Source: Ptychomitrium polyphyllum (Eukaryota). From it: DNA of 64,000 bases. Position numbers and translations under genes: made by a program. How positions within the stretch are numbered: the stretch's first letter is position 1; each line of letters starts with the position of its first letter. Positions 26,958 through 39,943 of this stretch are shown one piece after another. The DNA lies in the NCBI GenBank assembly GCA_973851085.1, contig OZ316775.1, positions 22,506,001-22,570,000 on the forward strand, read 5' to 3'. The notes beneath the pieces are model-generated. The model ran no database searches, was not told the DNA's origin, and saw only the letters and a list, made by a program, of their open reading frames with translations.

Positions 26958-28031
26958 CTAGGATGCTGAAGCCAAAACTGCATCCATCTTTGATTTTTTA
27001 GGACTCATGGATGAAATGCCCAGAGGAGCTTTTCGTTTTTCACGCAGGTTATTGCAAAGAGCCTTTTGTGAAGCAACATGTGAATCAACGGAGGGCCTGT
27101 CATTCAAAATCTTGTTAGATTCATTCCTCCCTTCGCCATGCTCTGAGAAAATGCTTGACACAAGTGGTTCTGAAGAGCATGAACCGTTGGATGACACTGT
27201 GACAATGTCACACGCAATTTCACTGCTTTTCAAGAAAGAAAGGATCCTATCACTTGTGTTACGATTAGGAAGCAAATCCGAAGCTCTGCATTTAGACAAC
27301 CCACACTTGGGACAGTTTTTGTGCTCAAGAATGGCATTTGTAACACACTTGCGACAGAAACTGATGCAACAACATGGAATCAACACTGGATCTTTCATAA
27401 TCTCATGGCACAAAAAACAAGTCAATTCCAACGGAACCTCATCCTTGCAGCGCATCTGCGCACTCAGAGCAACTGCCTTAGCTACACTCTCTAACTTAAC
27501 ATCAGAATTCGTCTTTAACACCACTTCCTCAACTCTCCTTCCCTGCAAAACTCTCGGCCTCCCAATCCTGCTTCCAACAACCGCATCTTTTTTCTTAACT
27601 TCCAACGACTCGATTGCTGTCAAGCTGCTTGTGGTTGAATATCCACTACATGATGTAGAGTACACATCGTCTCCAAAACCATCCTCGAAAGCATTCTCTC
27701 TAAATTTGAAAGGCTCTCGAAGTTCCCCCTCCCTGCAACTCTGGATCGTCAACTGCTGTTTCTCTAGTTCCGATACAACGTAGGCTGGCACTCGCTTCAC
27801 CACCACGCGCGAATTACTCCTCACCCTACTGTGAGCCCCGAGAATCTCCTCCTTCGTGTCGGCATCAAAAACCCTAAAATCGAACGCCTCCTTCGGCCTT
27901 CGCTTCTCACACCCTGCCCGGAACTTGAGGTTGTAGATCTCGTCCTTCAATCTCCCAAGCGTCGTGTAGTCCACCACCGGCACTGAGTCCCACTGCGACT
28001 TCGACGCTGCAAACATGAAGTCTACCGCCAT
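26958..28031 (-). CDS. Intronless DWNN domain + RING finger protein (RBBP6/Mpe1/PQT3-related E3 ligase-like)
   Basis: ATG at 28031 (MAVDFMFAASKSQWDSVPV..LKDEI..DFRVFDADTKEE..NSRVVVKRVP = DWNN), acidic DGFGDDVY motif, RING PLELTCFLCHEIMKDPVLIPCCCISFCRKCV..CPKC..LLPN. Continuous 357-codon ORF. Confidence 0.88.
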   Translation of the reverse strand: MAVDFMFAASKSQWDSVPVVDYTTLGRLKDEIYNLKFRAGCEKRRPKEAFDFRVFDADTKEEILGAHSRVRSNSRVVVKRVPAYVVSELEKQQLTIQSCREGELREPFKFRENAFEDGFGDDVYSTSCSGYSTTSSLTAIESLEVKKKDAVVGSRIGRPRVLQGRRVEEVVLKTNSDVKLESVAKAVALSAQMRCKDEVPLELTCFLCHEIMKDPVLIPCCCISFCRKCVTNAILEHKNCPKCGLSKCRASDLLPNRNTSDRILSFLKSSEIACDIVTVSSNGSCSSEPLVSSIFSEHGEGRNESNKILNDRPSVDSHVASQKALCNNLREKRKAPLGISSMSPKKSKMDAVLASAS

Positions 28032-28699
28032 GGTTGGCCCCCCTTTGCAACCAAACGTTTCGAACACCGCTATCAAAGCGCTCAAGTTCTAACAGGAGGT
28101 TTTTTCTTGGTGCAAATCCTAGAAGCAGAAATCAAAGAGCTGAGGAAAACAATCGGCGACACTCAGAACTCGCCTTATAAAGCTGCCGCGGCCTAGTGAA
28201 TCTGCCGCGTACAAAGGGGTCTTCGCAGACTTGCACTCTTGGAGACTTGGCGTGCACTCCACGCGCCTTCATCTGTGCAGCGGACTTTTGCTTTTCCAGG
28301 CGCCTTTTACTTTAGCTTTTTCCTGGGATGCTTCCCGATGATTGCAGTTCCTTCTAGTGAAAATCACTGGAGATACAGAACTGAAGGCAAGTTGTAACAA
28401 ACTGTAATCCTGAGAGTATCACAGAAATTTGAAATTAGATCGAATTAAATATTGTTGCTAAAATCATATGGAATTATAATGGATTTAGTCCTATTACCAT
28501 CACCTGCCAAACCTTTGGCCATTTTTTTCTCACCTTTGAGCTCTATGGTTTCACTTACGTTTCTTTTATGGAGAAAATCATTGCCTATAGGATAGGATGT
28601 GAGACAATATAGATAGGAGAAACTATGAAGAATGGAAGATTACAAGCTTGTAAGCTTGTCCAAGTTCCTAGCACCTCAATTAATTCATATAAAATTAAT

Positions 28700-29760
28700 A
28701 TACTTTGTTGTTCTAATGCTAGAGCCTATTGTATTGTAGGTTATTACTTCTTTTATTTTAAAGCTTTATAGACTCTCTTGCAATTGCACTTTGAGAAAGT
28801 TTAAATAGATAAGATATGCGAAGGAAAGAGACTAAATGGAAAAGAAGAGTGGCATAGAAGAACAAACTAAACAAAGAAAAATGAATTTATTCATTATAAT
28901 GGAGAGGCTACAAATGCAGTGGATGCATGGATTTCTTTATGCTCTTTTGGTTTTTACTACTATAGTTGTACTTGCACCTACACCAATTGATTTTGGTTGC
29001 AACATTGTTACCTTATTCAAAACAATTAGTCTTTAAAAACAATTACTTCTTATTCTTTGACTCCCAAAATGTTTAGGTTGATGTTGATTGATTGAATGAA
29101 CTTTCTTGCAAATGATGTAGAAAATTGATCTTTGCAATTGTAGTTCTTGAAAAAAACATTGACTATTTTTATGGCTCATTGTATTTGTTTAATAACATTG
29201 AAGGTTCATTTCTTTTTTTGAAAATAAGCTAATAGTATTGGATTGTGCATAAGTCAATTATGTAATGATAAGCAAGAATGTTAAAGATGGTTGTATAGTT
29301 GCTATACATTTTTCTAAAAGCTTAAATTTATAAAAAAGAATTAAAAATTTCTAATTATAATTTAGAGTTTTTTATGATTGTTGATTCAATACTCAAAAAT
29401 TCATTTTATAAATGTGTATAAAGAAGCAGTTTCTTGTTATTTAGGTTGTTTCTATAGGGGATTTTTTTTTTATAAGCAAATCAGTAAAATTTTGAGTTGT
29501 GGATAATAACCTTTATATATGCAAGTATTGGAAGAACTTTAGTTCTTTAAGATGAAGCTTTGATGAGTTGCAAATAGTTTGAGCGTTGCTTTTAAAGAAC
29601 AAGAATAAGAGACAGAGCATAGTTGAATTTATTAGAACAAAATCTAGAATGTAAAGCCATAGCTCTTGATTGTCACTTGTAATGCATTTCATGTAAGTTA
29701 ACATGATGTTGTTGATTCTCTTTGGAAAGCAATAATTTATTTATTTTTAGAATATTCAGT
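28700..29760 (-). mobile_element. Highly decayed Gypsy-like retrotransposon remnant
   Basis: AT-rich and stop-riddled. Minus-strand peptide MLTYMKCITSDNQELWLYILDFV..NS resembles the Gypsy integrase C-terminal segment (LEQYLRCY..Q.DW...L..AEF.YN). Confidence 0.35.
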
Positions 29761-30599
29761 TTTATTTGTATAGGAAATTACACTTATTAATGCATCAATG
29801 GAATGAAGGAAAAATAAGTAAAAAGTAAATTAAGAAGTAAAAAATGTAGATAAAAAATATGTCAAAAATTATATTAAAGTATGTATTGAAAAGTATATTG
29901 AACTATGTATTTCAGAAGACATCATTTTTAAGACATTCTTACAATACATTATTTTAGATATGATATAAGACAGTTCTTAAGTCACACCTGCATGATTTTG
30001 TAAGAAGGTTTTAAAATATTGTAATGTTTGAAAAGATTCTTAAATAATCAATATCTTATTGTTAATAAAATTTTCCTCAAAAAACTCAGAAGCCTAGTAT
30101 AATTTTTACATATATGCTAATGAATTCTACTAATATCAATATCACAAATTTCAAGGACCTTCACTTTAGTCTAAAATATGTAAAATACGTAAAACAAACA
30201 CAGTTCAATTCGTGTAAATCATAATAAATTACAGGGAGTGAGCCACATACTGTATTACTAAGAATTTTTGTATATTTATTATTCAAATATAGAAGCAGAT
30301 ATCAGTGTTGTGCAAGGTAATAGCAATTGATACCTCAATGTAAAATTTGCAGTTCATTTTTGGTTACCTTTTTCCATCATTGATGGTGAGGACTTAGCTG
30401 GTATGTTCACCGTTTATAGATTCTAAAATTCAACATACTAGCGTGTACGAAGTTGATAAATACCAGTATTTTGCAAGTATTGTGTAATGCAATACTTTGC
30501 TTTATGACATCCTTGAACGACGCACATTCAAAATTGTTGTTGTATCAGAACCAGTATGTTGATATTTACCCTCAAAGACTAACATAAAGGGCTGGTAAA

Positions 30600-30851
30600 T
30601 GATGTCGTATTATGAATATATACCATCTAGAACATTCTAGAACCTTTCATGGTCTCCGGAACCTTATCAATTCCTATGAACTTTTAACAAAGATTTTATA
30701 ACTTTAAAGATATTGTAATAACTTTTCATAACCTTTTTAATAAAAGATTCTATAAAGATTCCATAAGATGTAGACTTTATAATATAAACAAGAGGCAAGA
30801 TGAGGTGCACTTTTGCAATTCCTAGAGCAATGTACAAGGACATCCTGTCAC
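30600..30851. mobile_element. Probable solo-LTR fragment
   Basis: Repeated TCTAGAAC(A/C)TT motifs similar to those in the LTR at 45.1-45.9 kb, ending in TGTCACA. Confidence 0.35.
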
Positions 30852-31173
30852 AACAACACACATGTAAAAAATCAGTTTTCTGACTTATTCTAACTTACCA
30901 TACATAGAAAAAGATATATCGTCTTCATACTTTACACATCATACTAATATTTCAGAATTGAATATACTTTTGAACGTAGATCAAAATTAATATTCTCATC
31001 AGATGTGTTATTCATATCACATCTGTCAAAACATCAGTCCATGGAGGAAGTACACTGAGGCACCATTTTCCAACTATGGGGAGTGCTGTGGGCTGTTCAA
31101 GTACGGCGTGTGTGTTGTCATGCAAGACTGCATCTACCCACCCCAGTCGCAAGCAAGAGAGCTCAAAGTGAAA

Positions 31174-31378
31174 GAAAAAGGAAAAGAAAACGGACACGGA
31201 AAAGGAAAAGAAAACGGAAACGGAAAAGGAAAAGAAAACGGAAACGGAAAAGGAAAAGAAAACGGAAACGGAAAAGGAAAAGAAAACGGAAACGGAAAAG
31301 GAAAAGAAAACGGAAACGGAAAAGGAAAAGAAAACGGAAACGGAAAAGGAAAAGAAAACGGAAACGGAAAAGGAAAAG
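31174..31378. repeat. 24-bp tandem repeat GGAAAAGGAAAAGAAAACGGAAAC, about 8.5 copies
   Basis: Seven perfect units plus variant or partial flanking units. No T on the + strand, so it is open in all + frames. Confidence 0.97.
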
Positions 31379-31603
31379 GGAGTGGAAGAGGGAGAGAGGG
31401 CGAGAGGGCGCGAGGGCGAGTGGGCGAGGAGGCAGGAGCAGCGTCGCCAGTGTTGGCATTCGTGACTCGTCATGCGATGCCTGGCTGGCGCAGAGTCCCA
31501 GACGACTAGGATGGCGATGGCGAAGCCCCTGCTCTCGCCTGGAACCTCGCCACTAGGGAGGGCCGCCAAGCCACACAGGCCAGGCCAGGCCAAATCCAAG
31601 GCC

Positions 31604-31651
31604 TAGCTAAGCTAAGCCAAGCTAAGCCAAGCTAAGCCAAGCCAAGCCAAG
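31604..31651. repeat. Pentanucleotide repeat (AAGCT/AAGCC)n
   Basis: tagctaagctaagccaagctaagccaagctaagccaagccaagccaag. Confidence 0.9.
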
Positions 31652-32526
31652 CGAAGGAGCCCCCCTGCCTCTGCCTTTTCCAGCTTTCATAGATTAACCA
31701 ACTCACACCTTGGAGAGCTCTCTTGTAGCACCGCTGAAACATCATATCTGCAACCTCGTCGCCACCTTCTTTTGTCTAGAATCTACATCGAAGGTGCCAC
31801 CTTTGGTTGAAGGGGGTCGCTGTAACCCGCAGTTTTGGGTCCCCCTCCGCGTAGTGTGCTGGAGATGACTGTTTGAACCAGGGGACGGATCTCGTACGTT
31901 TGCGGAGTTTCCATGATATTTTCGGGCAAAGATTCAAGTTTTGGCGAAGTTGTGACTTGGGTTATGAGGTGGGAGTTTGCTCTTTTGTCGGTACGGGGAG
32001 TTGAATTTAGGGGTGTTTGAAGAGATGTGGTTGTGGAGGGGAGTTGGTGGGGTTTAGTTCCTTGATGACGACGCGGTTTATTTCGTGGAGCCGGAGTTGG
32101 GATCGGTCTGTTGAGAGCTTTTTGGTTTGAGTGTGTTACATGTTTCTAGATTCGGTGATCATTTGGTGGGAGTTTCGGCATTGGGATTCAGTTGGACAGG
32201 AGGGCGGCTACGGGGGTTGTTTGAAGGACTAGCGCGCGTTTTGAGGATTTGCTCATGTACTCGAGCGTGACATTCAAGGCTTGGAATTCTCTAGGCTGGA
32301 TATGGGACTGGACATGGCAAGACAGCTTCATGATGCGGACTTAGGCTTGGTGTAGTCTCCGACGGAGTCCTGCGATGGTTTGCATTGTTGATGGGCATGG
32401 GGGAAACCTAACCTTTCAAACAACACTTATTAGAAATTTCTATTAGGGTAGGCTTATTGGCGCAGCGTTGATATAGTGAAACGGTTTTTTTGGGAGCGAG
32501 GTTTAAGCGAAGCATATATTGCGGAT

Positions 32527-33261
32527 ATGTTTGGTGTTTTTACATCGAAGCAGGGTTTTGGCATGATGGATTGTGTTAAAATCATGAACAGAATTCGAAG
32601 CTGGAAGGCTAATGCTTTCTGTAGCCATGTAGGAATATTGCTGCTTCTTAGCGTCGCAATCTGTATCCCTGGAGCTGCAGGATCTGGGCCCGAACGACAT
32701 TTTCAGCTTCGAGGTAGAAGGCTACTCGCTGTTGTTGGATTGAGTCCTCCACCACCTACGGACCACTTTGAACCGTTTTTCTCGCCTCCACCTTCATTTC
32801 CGCCTCCACCTCCAATACCTTCTCCACCTCCACCGATTTTTCCACCTGTGTCTCCCCCACCTCCAGAGATGGCTCCGAATCCCGTACTACCTCCTCTTCC
32901 AACGTCTCCTCCACCTCCACCTGCAACGATTCTTCCAACTCCTTTAGTCCCTCCACCTCCGACAGCCGATCCACCTTCATTCCCACCATTGGAGATCCCG
33001 GTTCCTTCTCAAGCGCCACCGGTGGAGCCTCCACCATCTCCACCACCGTTGACTATTGTTAGTCCGGGCAGTAATTCTTGGAACGCTTCAGAGAAAGCTG
33101 GGGTTGTGATTGCTGCCATTGCTGCGCTGCTGCAAGTGGCCGTGGTGGCGTTTCTTCTCATCAAGCGACATCAAATGCTGACAACCGTAGAATATGAAGA
33201 TTGTGACGAAGAATCTGACAATTCTGATCCAGATTACAGGCACCCGGAGGAATCGGCATAA
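32527..33261 (+). CDS. Proline-rich (extensin/formin-ectodomain-like) single-pass membrane protein
   Basis: First ATG 32527 (alternative 32563). Hydrophobic signal VGILLLLSVAICIPGAAG, RRLL motif, SPPPP repeats, TM GVVIAAIAALLQVAVVAFLLI, then KRH and an acidic tail. Probable 5' UTR intron starts near 31992. Confidence 0.8.
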   Translation: MFGVFTSKQGFGMMDCVKIMNRIRSWKANAFCSHVGILLLLSVAICIPGAAGSGPERHFQLRGRRLLAVVGLSPPPPTDHFEPFFSPPPSFPPPPPIPSPPPPIFPPVSPPPPEMAPNPVLPPLPTSPPPPPATILPTPLVPPPPTADPPSFPPLEIPVPSQAPPVEPPPSPPPLTIVSPGSNSWNASEKAGVVIAAIAALLQVAVVAFLLIKRHQMLTTVEYEDCDEESDNSDPDYRHPEESA

Positions 33262-36121
33262 AATACACATTGTTAACTCTGAATTACAGACCGTTCGGGC
33301 ATACAGGATGGGTGACACAGATTTGCAGCTCGATTTTTGAATAGATTCAACCCCTTGTGGAATAGGGAGTTGAGGTATCTAAGTATCTGCACGGACTGTG
33401 ATAGATTTATCATAAAAGAACGAATTGCTTTTAGACTTTGTGTTGTGAGCTACCGGCTCAGCACAATTCAACACGATCGGCTCACTGGTTGGCATCAGAG
33501 TCTCCTTTTGGTACGTTTCCGATTAATTGTTGCCGATTACTCATCAATGCTCTTTATGAAAACTGCGCTCCTCGAGGAGAATTGATAGTTCATTGTTCTG
33601 CATTTGGTTTAGTGAATGGTTCATTTGTTGAAATCATCGTGTTGTTTCGATGGATGTCTTATGCTGATGCGGGGTGTGATTGTCTTTCAGGAAGAGTGCT
33701 GAGCATGTGGACCAGGTGTTTGCCAGAGTGGTAGGTGGATGATAGCTGTGTTAATCTGTACATTATCTTCCTCAAAGCTTAGGCTTCCTTCGAACCTTCA
33801 GTTTCCAGTGGATTGTCAAAATACCTGGCCAACAAAGTTTTATCTCTCATGCAATCAAGGTTCAATATGAAGTGAGTGGACGTGACTCCTTTGGAGCTGG
33901 CGTGTGTTGCGGAGGCTTCTGCAACACAGTCTTAATGGGATTTTGTACAGGAGCATCTTTTGTTTTGATTAATTTGGATTGTTTTCCACCTCCCGTAGGG
34001 TAGTCACAGACTCATGGCACTTGTGAATTTCAGTTGGACAGAATTGACACATACTGTTGCTAAGACGAAGGGCATAGCTAGTGTTCATGTAGAAGTTAAT
34101 TCATTGTACGGTACTCAAGAAATGGGGAGAGAACCCTTAACATCGGATCTTAGTCCTACATTTTACTTGTGCATCTATTAACAGTTTTGTCTCTTCTTTT
34201 GTGAGAAGCAAATTTTCAGTTACAAGACTGGGAGCAGTTAATAAGAATGAAATGACCTTAAACGGGATTGGTTGGTCCCTCATTGACATTTATAGTCCTC
34301 GATTTTCTCCACTTGCATGGTTGTCAGATTGCTTGAATTTCCTTATGATAGCTTTTCAAAAGTTTGACAAACAGTAGACTTTGTTGTTTTGTTTACTTAT
34401 TTTGCAGTGTTGGATAACTTAGACTTCGCCTCCGAGGTATTTTGGTGTGTGCTTAATTAGTTAAAAATCTGGAAAATCCTTGCATAATTAAGAGTTGGGT
34501 GACTAGAAAGCCTCACAATTCCCACGTCTTCGAAAACTCTCAAACGGATTACGTGGGTGGTAGAGAGTGCTCAGGTACATTACTATCCTTTGTCTTTGTG
34601 ACTATTAATTCCTCAATGATAACAACTTCATATTCTAGGAGAAGCGTTCACACCAGCCGGACCATAATGCGTCAACACGAAATCAGAGAAGTGGAACTCT
34701 CTCTGAAGTTTTAGTATTATTAAGTTTTTTAGACGATGATTCATGTTCAGAGGTATTGAGAGACACAATTTCTTCACGTGCTGAATGTCTTTTTACATCT
34801 TCCAGATTTGGATTTTGAGATTTGGAGCTTCGGTTTTTATTGAGGAGACGATGGGGCAGTGGCAGCAGACGGACCGTTTTTATGTTTTCACGTGAACCAT
34901 CCCTATCCCTTTCATTTCATTTCATTTCATTATTGTCGCGCGGCCGGTTGCCCTGTAACTGTCCTGCTTACGCGGACCTCTCTTCTGTTCGTCCTCATTC
35001 TCACCCACTTCACCCACTTCTAAGGCCCTTAGTCCGCATGCACCACCAGCTGCTGCCAATCCCTTCTCAAGTTCATGTCGATCACATTCTCTCTTCTCCA
35101 TTTCACTCCTTACTGCTTCCAGAAGCCTTGTAGACTCCTTGTGTACAACTACTTGCAATCTTGAACCTGCTCCTTCATTTTAAACTCGTTTTCGTGTGAA
35201 TTCGTGGTTTGCTGCCTTATACTGTCCTGATTTGAGTGTTGAAATATCTGTGTCAAGTGCATTGTTGTTTTTCAGTTTTTGGTTCTGGTTGTTGATTTAT
35301 GTTACGTCTTCTTGGTGAGCCGGCTTTTATGTTCAGTTGGGCTTATTCTTTATTCAAGTAGTGTCCAAAGGATCGTGTGGCGGATTTTTGTGTCGTTGCA
35401 AAATCTGGGAGTCATTCTTCTTTTTGAAGATTTAATAATTCTGTTAGCCTTTTCCTTTTTCTTCGGAGTCATTATTGCCTACGTTCTGGCGTTTCGAGAG
35501 TTACCGGTAGAATTTTCTTCCTGAAACAGGTACAGAGCCACCTCAGTTTCTTGTTTGTAAGCTGGCTTGCTAACTGTTCTAACCATTTCTGCTGTGACTA
35601 TCTTGGTTTCTCAGATTTTCTTCCTTGGTAAGAATTCTTAAACAACATTTTCTTTGTTTGCACAGATCATTTCTTGAAAGCTCACGACTTTAGAATGTTT
35701 CCATGTCATAATGTAAAATTTCAAAGATTTTTGCGTCGATGTGACAAATATGGATAAGTGTGCAGCGTTGGTTGGTTTCTGGTGCATTGATATGTGATAA
35801 ACTTACTCCTGCGTCTTTGAGTTTTAAACTGTTACCTGCGGGCTCTCTAATGCCCGTTGTTAAGGCCGAGTGAGCGTGTCGGATTCGGAGTTCAAATACA
35901 GTCTTTCTAGGTACCTTCATTTTCTTCCTCGACCCTCTCAAATTGTCAAGCATCATTCCTCCACATTTTTAAGCAGTCTTTAATTTTCAACAAGGTTGAC
36001 GTGCCTTCAAACTGCCTTGGAACACTTGATACAACCTACATTGTAAACAGACACTTAAAACTTACATTTATATCGCAGTTCTTACTAAGTGGGTAATTCA
36101 AGAATTCACAAATTAAGAAAG

Positions 36122-38267
36122 ATGGCGCACGCTGATATTGCTGGGACTATGTTGATCACCCAGTATTCCAAAGTTAAATTCAAAGGCAAAAGGCCTCCAG
36201 AGATTCCACCTCAGTCTATGTCCTGCTTTGACCAGACAACACCTGTTCCTGTAAATCAGTCTTCTCTTTACTGTTTAATTCTTTTAACTATTGAACTTAT
36301 ATTCCTACTCATGCATATATTTTAGAATTGTAACCAGGATGCATTTCCTCATTCGTCCAAACGCTAGAAACTTTGCACTAATAATCATAGTAGTAACAAT
36401 AGACGCCCTAGAGAAGTTGTTTGTTTCTGGATTTTTTCTCTCGCTTTTTGTTGTTGACTGTACAAACTCTTGAATGTGTAGTGGAGTCTTCTTGCAGTTT
36501 CACCGACAACCCGGAAAACATGAACGGATTCATATTGCTGACAAAGATTTACCTTATTGGTCACCCTCTTCTCAATTTAGGTTCTGATTCTTCTCTGACT
36601 GTTGCGATGAAACCAGATTCCGATTAATATTGAAAATTCGTTTTTCATTATACCGTCTTACACCATCTTCAAATGTGAAGAATTTCTCTATTGTGACTTG
36701 CAGGTATAAAGTGGGAAGGAAATTTCCCAAAGATTATACAAGAAAAGGAGATGGTGAGAAGATTCTGAAAGGGATTTGTCCCCCTTGTTCCAAACTCCGG
36801 AAAGTCGAGCCAGTCACAGCTGGAGCTTTCAAGCCAAGAGATAACCCTCCCAATACTCTAGTATGTTCCCAAAACCTTGCTCTTTTATGCACTAGAATTT
36901 TTAATCCGCACAATATTAAAAAATTTATTGAATCAAAAAACAATGTGGATACAAAACAGTTCATCAATCACACCGTTACATTTGTTTAGTGTAGGAAATA
37001 ATGTTTTTAGCGAGGAGGTTAAGAATTAATCATCTTGTATCTTTTTATTTAGGATCTAAAATACTATTGCTCACCAATGCTCCAATCATAAACCTCTTGT
37101 TCACCTTGTTTTGGAACTCACTCTACATAGATTTAGAAGTAAAGCAATCTCTCCGTAACATCATCAATTGACATATTCTCAATGTTCATGTGTAATATTT
37201 CCGTACTCTTCCTTTTAAAAAACAGTTCCGGAAATGCTACCAAAGAGGTGATTTGCCGCTAGCAATTGATCATAACCACACTAGGATGCAAATCAAGTGG
37301 AAGGTGGAGACAGCCAAAGTGGATTATCATTTTTTCTTGCCTCTTTTTTTTGATGGCATCCGTGAGACAGAGGATCCATATCGGTTTCTTGCTATCAAAG
37401 GCTGCGAGGACCTTCTCAAGGTTTTAATTTGTGTTAATTTAAATGTCTTTAGAAAGCTCATTGGATTATTGTTGTGTATTCGTGTAAGAACAAGGTTACT
37501 CGTCACATAAGTTAACCCAAATGAGTCAAACGGCCAGATATTTGCTACACACGTTTGTATGTTAGTAAGTCATGACTTTACAGAAACGTGGTCTTATATT
37601 GAGTTATTATTTGTGCAGGCTGGAGAAGGTAAAATATTGCCAGTTGTACCGCAATTGATTGTTCCAATCAAAAATGCTCTCAACACACGAGATCCAGTTG
37701 TTATGTGCGCCACGCTTCAGGTAGAGCTTAAAACGTCAACCATTTCTTCACTGGAGATGTACATGGAACATCCGCACAATCCGCCTTCTCAGAGATGAAA
37801 AAAGTGGGTTTTTTCAAACAATGTTTTGATCACGCCTCAATTTCCTGGCCATGAAGACGTAGATTTCCTCACTACTTTGTCCGGCGGTTTCGAGTTTTGA
37901 GAGTCTGACTGTGTACAAATACTGTGCAAGTCCTTTAAATGAAGTATATCATAGAAACAAGTGAGATGAATAAATGTGTTTATGTTTTGGTGGTGTCGTA
38001 CAGCTCTTGATCAAGTTGGTGCAATCTGAGGAGATGGTTGGAGAGTCACTGGTGCCCTATTATCGCCAACTTCTGCCTATTATGAACATCTTTAGAAATA
38101 ACACGCTGAATATTGGCGATTCCATCGATTATGCACAGCAGTGGAAGGGCACCATTGGAGACCTCGTGCTTGCAACACTCGAGATTTTTGAGAAACACGG
38201 TGGTGACGACGCCTTCATCAACATTAAGTACATGGTACCCACGTATGAATCTGCGGTTATAACTTAG
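36122..38267 (+). CDS. PACRG: Parkin co-regulated gene protein (axonemal inner-junction protein), 6 exons
   Basis: Phase-consistent exons 36122-36250, 36498-36559, 36704-36860, 37226-37420, 37619-37720, 38004-38267. Motifs [85 protein letters not shown]. Confidence 0.96.
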
Positions 38268-39943
38268 TTTCGGATCCTTGCAGTGACTGCCAACTCTTTG
38301 TTGGTTAAGAAGATCCTTGAGCTGATTTTCTGAACTCTTAATTTCTTTCTCCATGACGTTGGAACTAGAACAGATCTTGTAAGACCCAACTTAGACTTCT
38401 GTATTCAATTCATTGTTCTCATCCTCATGTGCTGTGGAAAATTGATTTCCTCTTGATTAGAGTATGAGTTGTTTCCTGGCATTCTCCTTTTGATGAGCTG
38501 ATCTTTGTTGTAAGAAGCTGACTATTAACTCCCACAGAAATGCTCATTCCTGGTTGTACTTGGGAGTCACTTCACTAGCCAGAAGGGATCCAAATGTCAA
38601 TGAGTTAGTTGAGGCTGCACACTGGAACCACTCATTTGAGAGATCACTCATAACTAAAATGGCCGATACTAGCCTTGGAAGTTTGCGGTCAGGAACCAAG
38701 TGATAAGGTTACGGGTTCATGCCCTTATTCTCTGCTGCAGTAGCCATGTTCAGATGTTTTAGCGCTGTCTGTCATAGATGATGAAATAAAGCATCAACAG
38801 CAACACTACTTGGACCCTTTCAAAAGGAAAAAGAAGCATTGGCAGTACACTACATGTGAAGTTGTTACATGTTGCTCAGTATTAATAAATAATTCGAAAT
38901 TTTGCAGTTCTTGGGTACGAGAATAAAATTCTCCGAGCTAAGTCAATGCATGTGCCATCATGGAGAGGTAGTGTAACATCATTAAAGAGAATTGACATCA
39001 GCGTGATTCTTGAAATCTATTCCTTTAAATCAATCTGACTTTACGAATGGGCAATATGACGTAATTGAAAAGATTGAATAGGCATGACTCTCTTGCTACG
39101 GTAACATAGAAAACTTAATTTAAAGTACAAGAAGAGGACACTGGAGATTAAAGAAGGGAAGCTCGTTCCTAGAAGAACTGACAACTGACCAACTCTCGTT
39201 ATGGACGTGGAATCAATACGGCCGTGAGTTACAGTTTGTGGCCAGTCCAAAAACTTGTTTGAAGATTCGAGCGTCATAAGGGTGCCCGCATTGCACGTTA
39301 TTTACGTCACCCACACACGAACTACTTGTGAACAGATCAGACACGTGACTCGTGGATTCAGGAGAGCGAGTGCCATAGTGAAACTTCGAACACGCATTGC
39401 TCGGTGTTGAAGTAGTCACTATCATGGAAGACGCCATGTTCTGATGTTGAACAGGAAGCAGTCAATCTTTGCTAATCCACAACATTATGCTCTGGAGTGA
39501 CCTTACTAGTTCGGTCCACAAGGCTTTATAATTTGGATCATTTTGGCACAGGATAAAAGGCCGTCCACATTGAGAGCGTATCGTAATGCAATTCCGAGAA
39601 GGAGATCTCCCACAGGACGTGGTGAGCTTCGACTAGTTGTCTTCTTTCTCCATCCCAGTCTGTTCGCTTTGACAGCCTTCTGTTTCGTGCTTTCATTTTA
39701 AGAAGGCGTTTATGAGCAAGTCACGAAGCTTTACAGACCTAATCTGAGTCCTGATTTGGAGCTGTAGGATCAATAGAAATAATTCTGAAAGAGCCCACTG
39801 TTCTAATGTCTTTGTTTACCCTAGACTAGTTATCAGCAAGTGCTGTTTGTAGTAAACTCTTGCCTGAAAATGTCTTTGTGAGGCAAAGATATGACCAAAT
39901 CATTCCTTCCGTGTGCTTTTTTCCACCTTGCAGATTGTCCAAA

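Noticed and set aside
27007..27783. 258-aa plus-strand ORF
   Set aside because: Antisense shadow of the DWNN-RING CDS with no recognisable motifs.
31012..31599. Overlapping ORFs with (KR)n, (FSFSVSVF)n and (FLFLFRFR)n
   Set aside because: Products of the stop-free 24-bp tandem repeat, with no independent coding evidence.
35038..35133. 31-aa ATG ORF upstream of PACRG as a conserved peptide uORF
   Set aside because: Composition reflects a pyrimidine-rich leader, and no conservation was recognisable.
38690..38740. tRNA-like GGTTACGGGTTCA motif
   Set aside because: No cloverleaf or A-box could be built around it.
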